DNA of 64,000 nucleotides. Origin: Narcine bancroftii (taxonomy: Eukaryota). Below, piece by piece: positions 11,050 through 24,167 of the stretch. The position numbers and the translations under genes are program-made. How positions within the stretch are numbered: position 1 is the stretch's first letter; every line of letters starts with the position of its first letter. The stretch spans positions 217,000,001 to 217,064,000 of the forward strand of contig NC_091474.1 of NCBI RefSeq assembly GCF_036971445.1, given 5' to 3'. The notes beneath the pieces were generated by a model that worked only from the letters and a program-made list of their open reading frames with translations, ran no database searches and was not told where the DNA came from.

Positions 11050-11670
11050 ATAGATAGATACAAATAAGTAGTGCTACAATAATGCAGATAGACCTTTCTA
11101 TGGTGTGCTAGCAGACTCTAATTAGTATAACAAGGGCAGGTTCAGGAACCTAACAGCTGTTGGAAAGAAACTGTTCTTAAACCGAAACGTGCTGCTCTGC
11201 TGGTTTCTGCATCTTCTGCTTGAAGTTTGCAGTGAGAAGTGGTTGTGACCTAGGTGATGGAGGTTCTTTATGATGTTGGCTGCCTTCTTGACCAGTGCCT
11301 CACATAGATAAATTCAATGACGGGAACTCAACACCTGTGATGACTTCTCTACGTTTACCACTTTCTGGAGCCTTCTGCACTCCTGGACATTTGAATTACT
11401 AAGGACGCTGTGATGCAACCTGTCAGTGTATTTTCCACACTGAAGTTTATAGAGTATTCGATGATATATCAAATCTCCTCAGACATCTTAGAAAGTAGAA
11501 GTGTTGGTGTGCCTTCTTCATGGCTGCCTTGATGTGCTGGCTCCAAGAGGGGCCTGAAATATAGACTCTCACTAATCTCTCGACCTCCGTTATATCAATG
11601 CAGACAGGTGGGTGGTCCCATGGCTAGACCTTCCTAAAAATCAACAATAAGCTTCTTAATCTTGGTGATG
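11050..11670 (-). mobile_element. Older Rex1/Babar LINE relic
   Basis: Degenerate match to 10330-10965 (gtgatgcaacctgtcagtg, aaatctcctcagacatcttagaaagtag, ccttcctaaaaatcaacaat). Confidence 0.65.
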
Positions 11671-11689
11671 CTCCTGCCACCACCATCCC

Positions 11690-13900
11690 TTTGTGTGAGT
11701 AAGTTTCTACCTCAATACATCTCCCTCCCTTTATCTGAAACCAATGTACTCTGGTCATTGATACCTCACTGTTTGATCTGCTGAGTTTCTCCAGCAATGT
11801 GTTTTTATCTCAATTGCAGAAAATAGTTTCTCACTATCTCCCCTTTCTATGCCTTTGATAAAATTGAATACCCCAAATAGGTTTCCCCTTGGTTTTCTCT
11901 GCTCCAAAGAAAATAATTCAGTCTATCTGATCTCTCCTCATGTCTAAAATGTTCTATCTCTGGAAATAGCCTTGAGAATCTCCCGTGGAATGATATCCTC
12001 CATATAGTGTGGGGGCATGATTACTACAGCACCAAATTAGTATTTTATATAGTTGCTCTACAGCATCCCAGCTTTTACATTCCACGTCCAGCTAATTATG
12101 GCAAGTATCTCTTTCACCTTCTGCGTCATCTTATCTATGTATTCTGCTGTGATCCTTAAACTTGTGCAGGAATTTTTACTCTGTTCCATAATACCTTTTG
12201 GATCTTCCTTTCTCTATATGCCAGCCTTATTTGTACTCCTAAATTGTAATCCTTCACATTTTATTGAAATGTATCACATCAGACCACGGAGGAGGCTTGT
12301 CCACCAGTAAATCTGCCAGGGTATCTAACATCTCCTTCTTTACATCAGTAATTTTTTCTATTACAGGCAGTCGCCAGGTTAAAAATGAGTTCCATTACCT
12401 GGATCTGTCCATAAGCCGAACTTGTACGCATGGTAGAACAGGTAATTATGGTTTTATTTAGTGTTCGTAAGGTAGCATGATGTGCATATATTGGCATGAA
12501 TTGGGGAGCACCCCATTTCTAAGTACGCATTGTTCGTAATCCAGACGTTCGTAACCCGGGGACTGCCTGTATTCAATCATCCTCCTCCCTGAATTCTCCA
12601 ACTACAATGTTGTTCACCACAGTGATGTATTTATTTTTGGCCTCACCCTACGTTCTTCAGCTCCATGCACATAATGTCAATTGAGTCTCAAATGTGCCCT
12701 ATCCTTCTGCTTCCAGTTTCATGACAAAATCCTTGGGCATTTTTGTTAATCTTGGCCACCAGTACCATTTAAAGACCTTCTTCATCCTCCTAATTGTCCG
12801 CTTAAGTTCCCTCTCCACATTCTGCCATCCACTAGGGGGTTCCCTCATGCTTACTACTCTTCCAATATGGCCACCTATCAAAGGGCCTTGCAATAACCCT
12901 AGAGCCCTCTGTGCTGTTGCAAACTCTTTAGAAGTATAATCGCTTCCCATCCCTTCTACATCACCTTGCATTTGCTCATGTTACATTCTGTGTGTTACAG
13001 AGATTTATTTTAAAAATTACATGGCATTAGAATATGCATCAAAAAGTGATGCTAGCACTGATCCTCACAGAACACAACTGTCTATCATCCTCTAGTCTGA
13101 TAAGCAATCACATCTCATGACTCACCGCTTTACTTTTCCTGAGCTCCTTTCTGTCCAGGCTAACAATGATTTTTCCTATTTCATGAATGCTTTGCTCACC
13201 AGACCTCTGGGTGTAACTTTGTGAATGCTTTCTAAAGATTCACTTAGAAAACATCTGCTGCTTCCTCTCCATCAACCTTCTGTTCAACTTCATCAAAAAA
13301 TTCATTTAGTTTTGTTTACACAGTCTGTCTTCTATAAAACCATGCTGGGTCTTAATTAACTCAAAGCTCTCTATCTATCTGTTCTTCTTTTCTCAGTAAA
13401 TTTCCTGAACCTTACCTACCTTACCTATACAGAGCACCCCACAGGAATGCCATGATATCCTTTCTTGAACATCATTAACGAGTTCCACCTCTGCTGCTTC
13501 AATCCTCTTTCACCTCTCCTGTATCAAGGGTAAAAGTAAACTGGAATGTTCCCCTATTTCTATCTGTACTTCCCTTCACAATTTGAGATGAAGTTATAAG
13601 ACCGTAAGATATAACAATGAGATTAGTCCATTCAGCCCATCAAGTCCACCTTGTCATTCCAATATGGCTGATTTACTATTCTTTTCATCCACACTCTCCT
13701 GCATTCTCCCATATCCATTGATTCTTTTCCTGATCAAGAATATATCTACCTTCCCATTAAATATCCCTAATGACATGGTCTTCATAGGCATTCATGGCCA
13801 CTAATTCTACAAATTCACTACCATATGTCTAAAGAAATTCCTCCTCATCCCTGTTCTAAAGGGTTATTTTTGTATTCAGGCAGTTTTCCATCATTTCCAC
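11690..13900 (-). mobile_element. Cluster of old CR1 fragments (minus strand)
   Basis: Degenerate reverse-complement CR1 RT and 3'UTR motifs (ctgctccaaagaaaataa, gtgaatgctttctaaagattcac, ccattcagcccatcaagtc, ctaaagaaattcctcctcatc). Confidence 0.55.
12364..12569. mobile_element. Tigger/pogo-like (Tc1/mariner) MITE with TA TSD
   Basis: TA|CAGGCAGTCGCCAGGTTA ... TAACCCGGGGACTGCCTG|TA. Confidence 0.88.
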
Positions 13901-14224
13901 TCCATCCATTACCTCTACTCTCCACAGTTTTAACAATGATTTTCAAGATGTCCTCTCTTAGTGAACACCGAGGTCTATTGTATCTTGCCAAGCGCCTTCC
14001 AAAAGTATATTATGATATCCAGAACTCCAAGAACACAAGAGACAGGAGCAGAAGTAGGCCAGAAGGTCCCTCAAATTGAGGGTAAATGGGAAATGAAACA
14101 AAAGAAGTATTGATGCCACCATGATCACGTTGAATGGTAGAACAGACACAAGGACAAGTGGTCTACTCCTATTCTCTTGTGTTTTTCCAGCAGCCTGTGA
14201 TTCAAAATACCATATTGGATTTAA

Positions 14225-14645
14225 AATACCCCCCCCCACCCTATTCTTCCCCACCGTTGTCTCTCCATTCCCTGTCTCTTTTCACAAAGACATGATAAAT
14301 TCTCACCTCATCCCTTATCATATCCAATTAACACCTTAGCAATACACCTTTGTCTGCTATAGATTCTGTCAAGACCAGTTGAGTTCCTCCAGCATTTTGT
14401 TGTGTTTACTACACAGCGTCTGCAGCTATATCGTGTTTCACCCGGGATTCAAGCTGAGTTTACCGAAATTCCTGATTTGTCCTTCCCATGAAATCTCTGA
14501 TAATGTTGCTATGCTTTGGTGTTTCCCCCTTGCCTGTGAACTTTCCTGAGGAAGAGCTCAGGGCCAAAACATAGACTAGCTTTTCATCTCCTATGGATGC
14601 CCTGTGACCTGCTGAGATTCTCCAGAACTTTTGTGCGCTGCCTCA
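14225..14645 (+). mobile_element. Penelope-like terminal-repeat fragments
   Basis: gttgagttcctccagcattttgttgtg...gtctgcag and cctgaggaagagctcagggccaaaacatagac...gacctgctgagattctccag. Confidence 0.6.
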
Positions 14646-14874
14646 ATTGCTCATCTATCATTTTAAAAACTCTATTCCACTTTTAGAATCTATTTTGTTT
14701 AAAATATTAATTTGAATGTAGGGCTCCAAATCAAAACCTTATTTAGACCATGATTCAAAAGTATTGTCGATCGAATCAACCTATTTTTCTTGGTTGCAGT
14801 AAAAACTCTCCAACCCTTACCCTCTATTTTGAAGGCAATTCTGGTACCATTGAGTAACTAACAACTGATAATTA

Positions 14875-15558
14875 CCATATATGCTGGCGTATAAGACAGT
14901 TCTTGAAAGTTAAAATGTCATCCCAAAACTAGGGGTCGTCTTATAAGTCAAGTACAAAATCTGAACCTTATCAGTGAAGTCTCAGTCCTCCCCATGCCAA
15001 GTATAAAATACGAACCTTAACAGCACTGCCTTGCAGGGTTTATCCACCCAGTCCAACTGCCATTAACACGGTACAGGCTTTGTACGGCCTGTTAAAGGAA
15101 CTGATAGTGGTTTATTTTAAAATGTGTTAATAAAATTTAAACCTTTTCTGGGTTTTGCTTTTAAAATAGTGTGAATTAGTACATTAAATGTGCTTAGTAG
15201 CATCACTCCACTGGTCAGAGGTAGGTGCCAGACCTGGGGTAGACTTATAGCTCAAAACCTACATTTTAGGTGGAAATTCAAGGGGTCTTTGTCGGGCACT
15301 ACCTGTGACCACAGAGACAAGCTGAGGAAATGATAGACTTTAATACACAGAAGATTCTTGCTAGCCCGAATCCCAGGATAGGAATGGCGGCAAGGGAAAG
15401 GTGGCTCGACCTTTATGGCACAGCACTATGGGGGAAGAGTCATAGGGTATGAGTCATCCGTAGGCGGGCCAGCTCCATATAATAACTATATACAATGGAA
15501 GAAACATATCACCACAGTCCTCTAATACATGAGTTGTCTTATACACCGGCATACACAG
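14875..15558. mobile_element. Tc1/mariner (Tc2-like) non-autonomous DNA transposon with TA TSD
   Basis: TA|CCATATATGCTGGCGTATAAGAC ... GTCTTATACACCGGCATACACAG|TA (23-bp imperfect TIR). Confidence 0.8.
15290..15516 (-). mobile_element. Short solo LTR nested in the Tc2-like element
   Basis: TG...ATCACCACA termini; flanks GTCTT (15285-89) and GTCCT (15517-21) form a 5-bp TSD with one mismatch. Layout like 57285-57492. Confidence 0.7.
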
Positions 15559-15779
15559 TATTCCACATTCCCCATACCTTTGTACGGGATTTGTTGATGT
15601 CCTATCTTGGATTACTTCCTTCCCTCTCTACCACATTAACCATCTTTCAGTTTAACTTAATGCAATTAATCTTCTTTGAGATAGATTTTATATATATGTT
15701 GCCTGGATGGTTGTGGATAATTGATGAGATTGAAGGAAATGCTCTTGGCCTCCATTTTCTAAATACAGACAGCTTAAGC

Positions 15780-16260
15780 CTCTATCAATACTGTTTAAAT
15801 TACTTAATTTAAATAGGGAAAAGGAAAATCCTAGCTGGAGTGAATTAGCTCACAGTATAGCACACGAGTTAAAGGGGAATAAATGCCTGAAAGGAGTGGT
15901 TGCCAAAAACCTGCGAATATCTATGTACAAGCACTCAAGTGGAAACAAATAATTTCAAATCACACCATTTTGTTGCTTGTAATTGAAATTGTTTTGACAA
16001 AATAAACACGTACTTTGTTCTCATTCTTTCATACTATGAAATAATATTTTTGACAAACATTTTCTGAAGAGAGCATTCAGCCTAAAATAGTGAATTTAAT
16101 TGTCATCTGTTGACAACATTTACACTGTAAAATGACTTGAAATGTAATCCATTACTGGTTCATAGTTTGTTGAAGTAGGTCCATTAATTTTTTTCTATCA
16201 TAACTCTACAGTTGAACCTATGAGTGCAGCTTAATTCTCACACATCCCTGGTGTCAGTAA
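15780..16260. promoter_or_regulatory. Candidate conserved non-coding element (TALE/homeodomain motif cluster)
   Basis: Repeat-free AT-rich block with four TGACA/TGTCA sites, including the palindrome TTGTCA-N5-TGACAA at 16100-16116, plus TAATCC. Function is inferred only. Confidence 0.3.
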
Positions 16261-16399
16261 GAAGCTTTGCTCAAGTTAATACCACTGCCTTTCACACCAG
16301 CCCAGTTGTCCTCCCCCGCGTGATGCTGCCCAGATCCTAAGTGGTCTTCTATGAAAAGTGATGGAAACTTTTCTGTGCTCTTCAAGTTCCTACATCATC

Positions 16400-16660
16400 T
16401 CATTTCCTGGGAAATGGACTTTCACACAATTTGGTCACTGCTGTGTAATGCTGGAACAAGGGCTTAGAAAGATCCCACTTAAAGCCTTGTAATAATGACC
16501 AGAAAACCTGTGTGCATGATGTTGGCTTTGGTATGTGTTGAGCAGCAAATGCAACTGCTCTCTTCCAAACATAAAATCTTAATCTCTGATTAAAATCTTA
16601 CCATCAGGACTGCACATCCAATAGTGCACGTCCTTCTATCCAACAGTGGAGTGCCAGCTT
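16400..16660 (-). mobile_element. Deu-SINE (SacSINE1-like)
   Basis: gtcactgctgtgtaatg...aagatcccac...aataatgaccagaaaacctg...gatgttgg...cagtggagtgccagc follows the reverse-complement Deu-SINE consensus as recalled. Confidence 0.6.
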
Positions 16661-17439
16661 ATATATATATATCATCGAATTTCCCCCCAAAAATTGTTGA
16701 ATTTCCCCCCCCCCCCACCCCACTCAACTATCATAGGCTTCCTCCTCTTCTAATTATACTGTACACATGGGATAGGGATGGGTAGAGGTAATTCACCTTA
16801 TCAGGATAATGGGATGTCAAAAATGGATGAAACCAAACCAGAAGCTTCACTGTTTTAAAATTTGTTGATTTGCTTCCATGCCAGACCTATTGCAGGAGAT
16901 GGCAAATTTCAAGACTCGTCTTCAATGTCCCAGAGTAAGTCATAATTAGACCATTTTACATAGTTATTTAAACTAAGCAAAAAAATAATTAAGTGCCTGC
17001 CTCGATAATTCATTCTACCTTGGAGCATGTTCTTGGAGTTTGATAAATGTGACTTTTGGGGCAGATACAAGTGTCAGGTTCTGTTCAATAAGTGTTGAAG
17101 ATAATGCTTTAGCAGAAATTCATGAATTCGTAAGTGCCACAGTGTTCCACAATACACAGAAGTAATATTGACATTTTGGGAGTATTCTGAGAACAGGAGC
17201 AAACCGGATGCTCCATTAAGCCTGTCCCTTAATAATGAAGGGATCATGCTGTAAGATATGTATGTCAGCTCATTCTTACAGCAAATGAATAGAACAGTCT
17301 TACAGAAAATAAAGGATATTACAAGCTCATCCAGATTGTCATTGAGTTGTGTCTAACTGGATAATGATATGGTTTATTGTCATTACCAATGCACATATAC
17401 ACCAAAATTCTTACTTGCTGCAGCTGAACAGGTAGTTAA

Positions 17440-17680
17440 ATTTAAATTTAGACATACAACATGGGAACAGGCCATTCAGGTCCATGAGCCCATGGTGCCC
17501 AATAACACCCAATTCACCTAAAACCCCCGTATGTTTTTGGAAGGTCAGAGAAAACTGGAGCACCTGGAGGATAGCCAAGAAGACATGGGGAGAACATACA
17601 AACTCCTTTACAGACAGCATGGGATCCGAACCCAGGTCGCCAGTGCTGAAAGAGCATTGTGCTTACCAATTATGCTAACT
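17440..17680 (-). mobile_element. HE1-type V-SINE
   Basis: aaactggagcacctggagg...atggggagaacatacaaactcctttacagacag...gatccgaacccagg. Confidence 0.85.
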
Positions 17681-18644
17681 GTTCAAAGAAAAAAAAATCT
17701 ACTGTACAATCCTTTCTATTTTGCCTCAAAATGATGGAAGGTCAACCTGCATTATTGTTTACAACACATATTTTGCTATTTTTAGATGTCTATTTCAGAA
17801 TTTTGTTCTTGCTCTGTGGCTACATTGTCATGCAGCCAGTTAGGCTGCACTTTTCATTTGGATTTTTTTCCCCTCTTCTGTAGTGGTTTCATCTTGAGTT
17901 CTTTTTTATTGGATACTTGCATGCTTACATTACTCTCCATGGACATGTTTTATTCAAGTCTAGATGGAAGAATTGGTGGGTGCTTCAAATATTGGAGGTA
18001 TCACAATCTTCTCTCTATTTGGCTTATCAGAGCTCACTCGCTGAGTGTACAACAAGCCCCATAGAATTAGATTTTCCACCCGTCTGTGAAAAGATTGGAA
18101 TTAGTCAGTCTCATCTCACTGCAAATTGATTAAAAGCATATCTAGAGAACAAAAAGGTATCCTTTTTATAACATTGCTGTTGGATTCTTCTACTGAGCTT
18201 GCTTCCTTACACAGAAGTAGAAACAAAACATTATAAAATAACAGTGTTGGAAGCCATTCATCCCAATAAGCCTGTACCAACTCTTTTGTGTGACCAGCCA
18301 AATATTCATACCTTGAGGGGCTCAAGCCTGAAATTTTGATTATGCATCTTTAACTTTGCTATAATACACTGTTTGACATGCTGAGTGTCTCCAGCATTTG
18401 GTTTTTACCTCTGCGGATCATGCTCTCCTGCTTTAGCATTCAGTTTTTAACCAATTATTTTGGGATGTTACTACCGTGTCTGCCTAAACTCCAATTCAGG
18501 TCACACATTCAAATTATGCAATGCTGGACAAAAAAGCTATGACTTTCCTTCTAATTCTTTTGCCAATTGAGCTAAACCAAACTTAAACCAGCTTATTTTT
18601 TCCCTTTTGTCAAAAAGGATCTTTGATTTGAAACATCAGGGCAG

Positions 18645-19583
18645 ATTATGTTGTGTTTTATATTGTATATAGATATGTTTTAAAGGAGAAAAATTTGTGG
18701 CAGGTTTTTTAGTGTAGGTCACATAAGAACACTTAAAACAGATCTCATTTAAAATGTCAGAGCTCTGGTCAAGCTAGAGTACCTTTACATAAGCTTTGGG
18801 GAGGGCATGTAGAGACTTCACTAATGGATTGTTGTTTCGAAAAGCAACAGATGAAAGAACTCGGAGGAGTAGGTTCAGAGCCGCAGTCTGTCTGAGAGCA
18901 GGGCGCTGTTCTAGGAGGGTCGTGTGGTTTTGTAAGCAGAGGGATTTAAACAGGCTTTTGTGGAAAAAACCCGATTTTAAAGATGGGTTGTGAGTTCTTA
19001 GTTCATCCTGGTCAAGGTTCTTATGACTCATCCAAGAGGAGAGGACTGGCTGCATAATGTTTCACTTGAAATAAGGGAAACAAAAAGGAACTCTGTGGTG
19101 ACCTGAAAGTAAGAGGTTATCATTGGAAAACCCTCATGGGGCAAGTTTCTTCAGCAAGACACAGAAGTGGCTGATAAAAAGAGATCAGCTTGTGTCCAGT
19201 TAACAACAAATCTCTCTCTGAAAACAGACAAGAACCTTCCTGAATGGTAACCATTTACCTTTCAAACATCATAGCCTGGTGAACTTCATGAATGTTAAAT
19301 TCTATGCACAGTATAACTTGGAGGAACAGTGAGCTTGGAGGAATGAGAAGTAAGATTGGACTGTGAATTAAAGTACATTTCTGAGCCTATACACACATTT
19401 CATACACGCGCGCTTAGAATTAGAAGGTGGTTAAGCTAGGTTAAGTAAGTTAATATTAATAAGATAAAGTTTGATCCTGTTTTTATGTGTAAAGATAATT
19501 AAAAGCAACTTTTCTTTAAGTAACCCTTTGTCTTGGTGAATATCTATTGCTGCTGGGTTAAGGGGTCCTCTGGGCTTGTAACA
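18645..19583 (+). mobile_element. Long solo LTR (~940 bp, probably Gypsy) inserted in a Penelope-type repeat
   Basis: Ends in ...gggcttgTAACA. The 3' region (tgtcttggtgaat) resembles the reverse complement of 43551-43650. Both flanks are Penelope terminal-repeat pieces. Left boundary uncertain. Confidence 0.6.
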
Positions 19584-20029
19584 CATCCAGCATTTTATGT
19601 GGTCTCTTCAGACTTTCAGTATCTGCAATGCTTTCATGTTCCATTAGTGATCTGGTGTTGGGGAATAAGTTTGGCCCAATGAAGCAAGTATCAATGGAGG
19701 ACACGAGTAGCACGAAACACCATTGAATATGTCCAGCATTTCATGTTTTTATTCTTGTTTTAAGTCTAACCTGCTGTGGGATCTAAGAACTGATTTTCTC
19801 CAGCCAGCCCCTGCCCTGTCCACAGAACAATGACTCAAAATTATGAGGATCGATACCTGGAGGGCCACCTAACATTGAGGAAATTTGTGACTTTTACATT
19901 TGACAACACAGGTATGGGGTCCTGGATTTCTAGCATGTACTAAGTTTGCCTTCTTCACGAGAAATGCCTGCTTATCCAACCCAATTTCAAAAGACAGTGG
20001 AGAAATGCTGGTGGGGCAAAGCTGCATAT

Positions 20030-20240
20030 CATCAGCTCACAAGATCACAAGATATAGGACCAGAAGTAGGCAATTTGGCCTATTGTGTCTGCTCTGCCAT
20101 TCTATGATGAACTGATCCATCTTTCCACTCAGCCCATCCTCCCGGCCTTATCCCCATAACCCTCAATGCCTGACTAATCAAATACCTGTCAATCTCCGCC
20201 TTAAAAACAACCAACTACTGCACTTCCACGGATGTATTTG
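20030..20240 (-). mobile_element. CR1 3' end
   Basis: (cacaagat)2 tail, aggaccagaagtaggcaatttggcc, atctccgccttaaaa. Confidence 0.7.
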
Positions 20241-20344
20241 TCATCAGTTAGTATCACTAAAGTTGAATGGTAAAAATATGGGCAACAGAATTAAATTAAG
20301 GGATATTCTTGAACTGGTGGTTTCAACAGAGTTGGTGCAATGTT

Positions 20345-22201
20345 CTTCTTTGGCTTGGCTTCGCGGACGAAGATTTATGGAGGGGGTAAAAAGTCCACGT
20401 CAGCTGCAGGCTCGTTTGTGGCTGACAAGTCCGATGCGGGACAGGCAGACACGGTTGCAGCGGTTGCAGGGGAAAATTGGTGGGTTGGGGTTGGGTGTTG
20501 GGTTTTTCCTCTTTTGCCTTTTGTCAGTGAGGTGGGCTCTGCGGTCTTCTTCAAAGGAGGTTGCTGCCCGCCAAACTGTGAGGCGCCAAGATGCACGGTT
20601 TGAGGCGTTATCAGCCCACTGGCGGTGGTCAATGTGGCAGGCACCAAGAGATTTCTTTAGGCAGTCCTTGTACCTTTTCTTTGGTGCACCTCTGTCACGG
20701 TGGCCAGTGGAGAGCTCGCCATATAACACGATCTTGGGAAGGCGATGGTCCTCCATTCTGGAGACGTGACCCATCCAGCGCAGCTGGATCTTCAGCAGCG
20801 TGAACTCGATGCTGTCGACCTCTGCCATCTCGAGTACTTCGACGTTAGACATGAAAGCGCTCCAATGGATGTTGAGGATGGAGCGGAGACAATGCTGGTG
20901 GAAGCGTTCTAGGAGCCGTAGGTGGTGCCGGTAGAGGACCCATGATTCGGAGCCGAACAGGAGTGTGGGTATGACAACGGCTCTGTATACGCTTATCTTT
21001 GTGAGGTTTTTCAGTTGGTTGTTTTTCCAGACTCTTTTATGTAGTCTTCCAAAGGCGCTATTTGCCTTGGCGAGTCTGTTGTCTATCTCATTGTCGATCC
21101 TTGCATCTGATGAAATGGTGCAGCCGAGATAGGTAAACTGGTTGACCGTTTTGAGTTTTGTGTGCCCGATGGAGATGTGGGGGGGCTGGTAGTCATGGTG
21201 GGGAGCTGGCTGATGGAGGACCTCAGTTTTCTTCAGGCTGACTTCCAGGCCGAACATTTTGGCAGTTTCCGCAAAGCAGGACGTCAAGCGCTGAAGAGCT
21301 GGCTCTGAATGGGCAACTAAAGCGGCATCGTCTGCAAAGAGTAGTTTCTCTTGTGTCTTGGTGTGAGCTTGCAGGCGCCTCAGATGGCCAGGAATCCTGG
21401 GCAAGCATGGCGTCGGCAAGTGCAACGACAATGGGTACCTCCTGTTGGAGCTCTGCGCAGAACAGCGGCTTGTCATTACAAACACCCTTTTTCAGCAGAG
21501 GGACAGCCTTAAGACCACCTGGATGCATCCCCGATCCAAACACTGGCACCTCCTGGACTACATCCTGGTGCGAGAAAGAGACAAACAAGATGTGCTCCAC
21601 ACCAGGGTCATGCCTAGCGCGGAATGCCACACTGACCACCGGCTGGTTCGCTGCAAGCTCAACCTTCACTTCAAGCCAAAGCCCAGGAACAATAAAGCCC
21701 CCAGAAAGAGGTTCAATGTTGGAAACCTGCAGTCAGACGAAGCGAGAGGAAACTTCCAGGCAAACCTCAAAGCAAAGCTCGACGATGCAACCCGCCTCAC
21801 AGACCCGTCCCCTGAAAACCTCTGGGATCAGTTGAAGACTACCATACTGCAATCCACTGAAGAGGTACTGGGCTTCTCCTCCAGGAAAAACAAGGACTGG
21901 TTTGATGAAAACAGCCAGGAAATCCAAGAGCTGCTGGCAAAGAAGCGAGCTGCCCACCAGGCTCACCTTACAAAGCCGTCCTGTCCAGAGAAGAAACAAG
22001 CCTTCCGTCGCGCATGCAGCCATCTTCAGCGCAAACTCCGGGAGATCCAAAATGAGTGGTGGACTAGCCTCGCCAAACGAACCCAGCTCAGCGCGGACAT
22101 TGGCGACTTCAGGGGTTTCTACGAGGCTCTAAAGGCTGTGTACGGCCCCTCACCCCAAGTCCAAAGCCCGCTGCACAGCTCAGACGGCAAAGTCCTCCTC
22201 A
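20345..22201 (-). mobile_element. RTE-clade LINE copy 2 with 5' inversion and 11-bp TSD GGTGCAATGTT
   Basis: Minus segment 20345-21384 encodes RT (LLFADDAALVA) through the C-terminus. Plus segment 21385-22201 encodes the AP-endonuclease end and linker ([23 protein letters not shown]). TSD at 20334-20344 and 22202-22212. Confidence 0.93.
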
Positions 22202-22787
22202 GGTGCAATGTTAAACTCCTTTGAAATACCATAGAAACCATTATAGTTTGTCAAGTAGAAAGTAATGTGAGGAACCATTTATTTTCTTAATAACTAACAT
22301 TATTTAAGAAGGTCAAATAGAAGTATAACTTACTATTAATGCAAGAAGATGTAGCAAAAAAAATCATGAAATCATTTTTATCCCCTGGCCATTAATTTCA
22401 GTGTAACATAAAACACTGCAACAAGCTGAAGGTTTCCTACAGTTCTGCAAATTATAGGGTGCATCCAAAACCGACAGAAAGCATCTAATCTTGAACGGTT
22501 GGCCCTGTACTTCACTTCAAAAAAACAAATACCATTAGTCAATTTCTTTGTTGCGTCACCATGTAATTATTTCTTTGTAACTATCATGGTAATTACTCTA
22601 ATATTTTAGTTTGAAACATTATTTAAAAATCAACTGAATTCTCTCATTGTGAAATGGAAAAGCAGACTTAGGGGATGATTGGAAAAATTTCCAGCAATAA
22701 TGTGAAACTAGCTCTGAAAATAACTCCTAAAAATGAATGTTAATAAGATAAAATGTCATAATAAGATGACGGATGGGTTTATGTTTG

Positions 22788-23030
22788 GGGGTGGCACACT
22801 TAGCGTAGCAGTTAGCACCAGACTATTACAGCACAAATGATCTGGGCTCGAATCCAATACTGTCTGTAAGGAGTTGGTGCATTCACACCCATGTCTGCAT
22901 GGGTTTCCTCTGGGTGCTCCAGTTTCCTCCCCACCATCAAAAATGTACGGAGGTTGCAGGTTAATGGGTGTTTGGCCGGCACGGGCTCATGGGCCAGAAG
23001 TGCCTGTGACCATGCTGTGTGTCCAAATAA
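22788..23030 (+). mobile_element. HE1-type V-SINE
   Basis: gtggcacacttagcgtagcagttagcac...gtctgtaaggagttgg...gggtttcctctgggtgctccagtttcctccc...gggccagaagtgcctg. Confidence 0.88.
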
Positions 23031-23136
23031 TTTTTAAAAATCGAAAAATGTGTTTGATGTAAGAAGAAATAAATTAACATCATCTATTGAATTTATTGTT
23101 ACATGGACAAACAGGCAGTGAAAAACTGTTAAATCT

Positions 23137-23524
23137 AGGAAAGCATGTTATCTTTGACCTATTTTACCTTGTGCTTCCAAGAGCCATAAATCCTATCCTT
23201 AATAATAAGCTCCAGAATCTTGCTTACATCTGAACTCAGGCTATCATCCCTATAGTTTCTTGCCTTTTGCATCTCTCCCATCTTAAAGAGTGGAATGACG
23301 TTCCATGTTCCAATGGAAAGCATCAAGGGATTTAATAAAGCTGAGTGGTTCACTTTGTGTAGTTGTTGGTACTGCTTGCTGCATTTCCAATGGAGTTGTT
23401 ACGCACTGAAGAACTCATCCACTCTACCTCTGGATGAATGGAATTCACACTGAGATTCAGGAAGTAGCTCTTCTGCCACTCACTTCCGTTTACTCATCAC
23501 CCTCTGTGTCGAAATGTTAATCCC
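23137..23524 (-). repeat. Left arm of a ~390-bp inverted duplication (copy of 25179-25566)
   Basis: Base-by-base reverse complement with only scattered mismatches. Confidence 0.95.
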
Positions 23525-24167
23525 AGGCAAGTCAACCTCTACAGAGCACATCAGGTAGTGCAAGAATAAAAACAAACTGCGAAGTGCAAAGTGCAAAGTG
23601 CAAAATAAAATCAAAGGCAGAAAGAAAGGAAGCAAATAAATATGATTAAAATAATTGAGAGTAAATAGAAATGTAGATAAAGGTAAATAATCTCCATAGC
23701 AATAAACAAAAACTTGGTGAAGATGGGAGCAAGTATGAGCACCCCGATCAGTGCCATGCCCATAGCAGCTGTTTAAATAAAGTTTTAATAAAGTTGTTTG
23801 AATAAAATGGCATTGCCCAGGACGAAGAGCTGGCTGGTGCTGCGCTCCACTGGGGCAACTCTCTCAAAGAGTCTCCCTATCCCTGCTTTGTTTTCGTCTT
23901 TATTAATATTAAGTATATTAGTAAGGCTCTATCTGTAAACTTAGGAAGGGGTTGTTTTATTTTGATGGAGGCATGGCTAGCATAGAGGTTAGCGCAATAC
24001 TGTTAGAGCGCCAGTGACCAGGGTTTGTAATTTTGTAAGTTATGGGAATTATCATATTAAGCGAGGACTATAATATTGATTTTTTTTTCCAAATTATTAT
24101 ACATTTCACAGTGTTTTGTTTTTTAAACTGTATATTTTTCATCCAAGTGTTTTAGTTAGGCATTATA

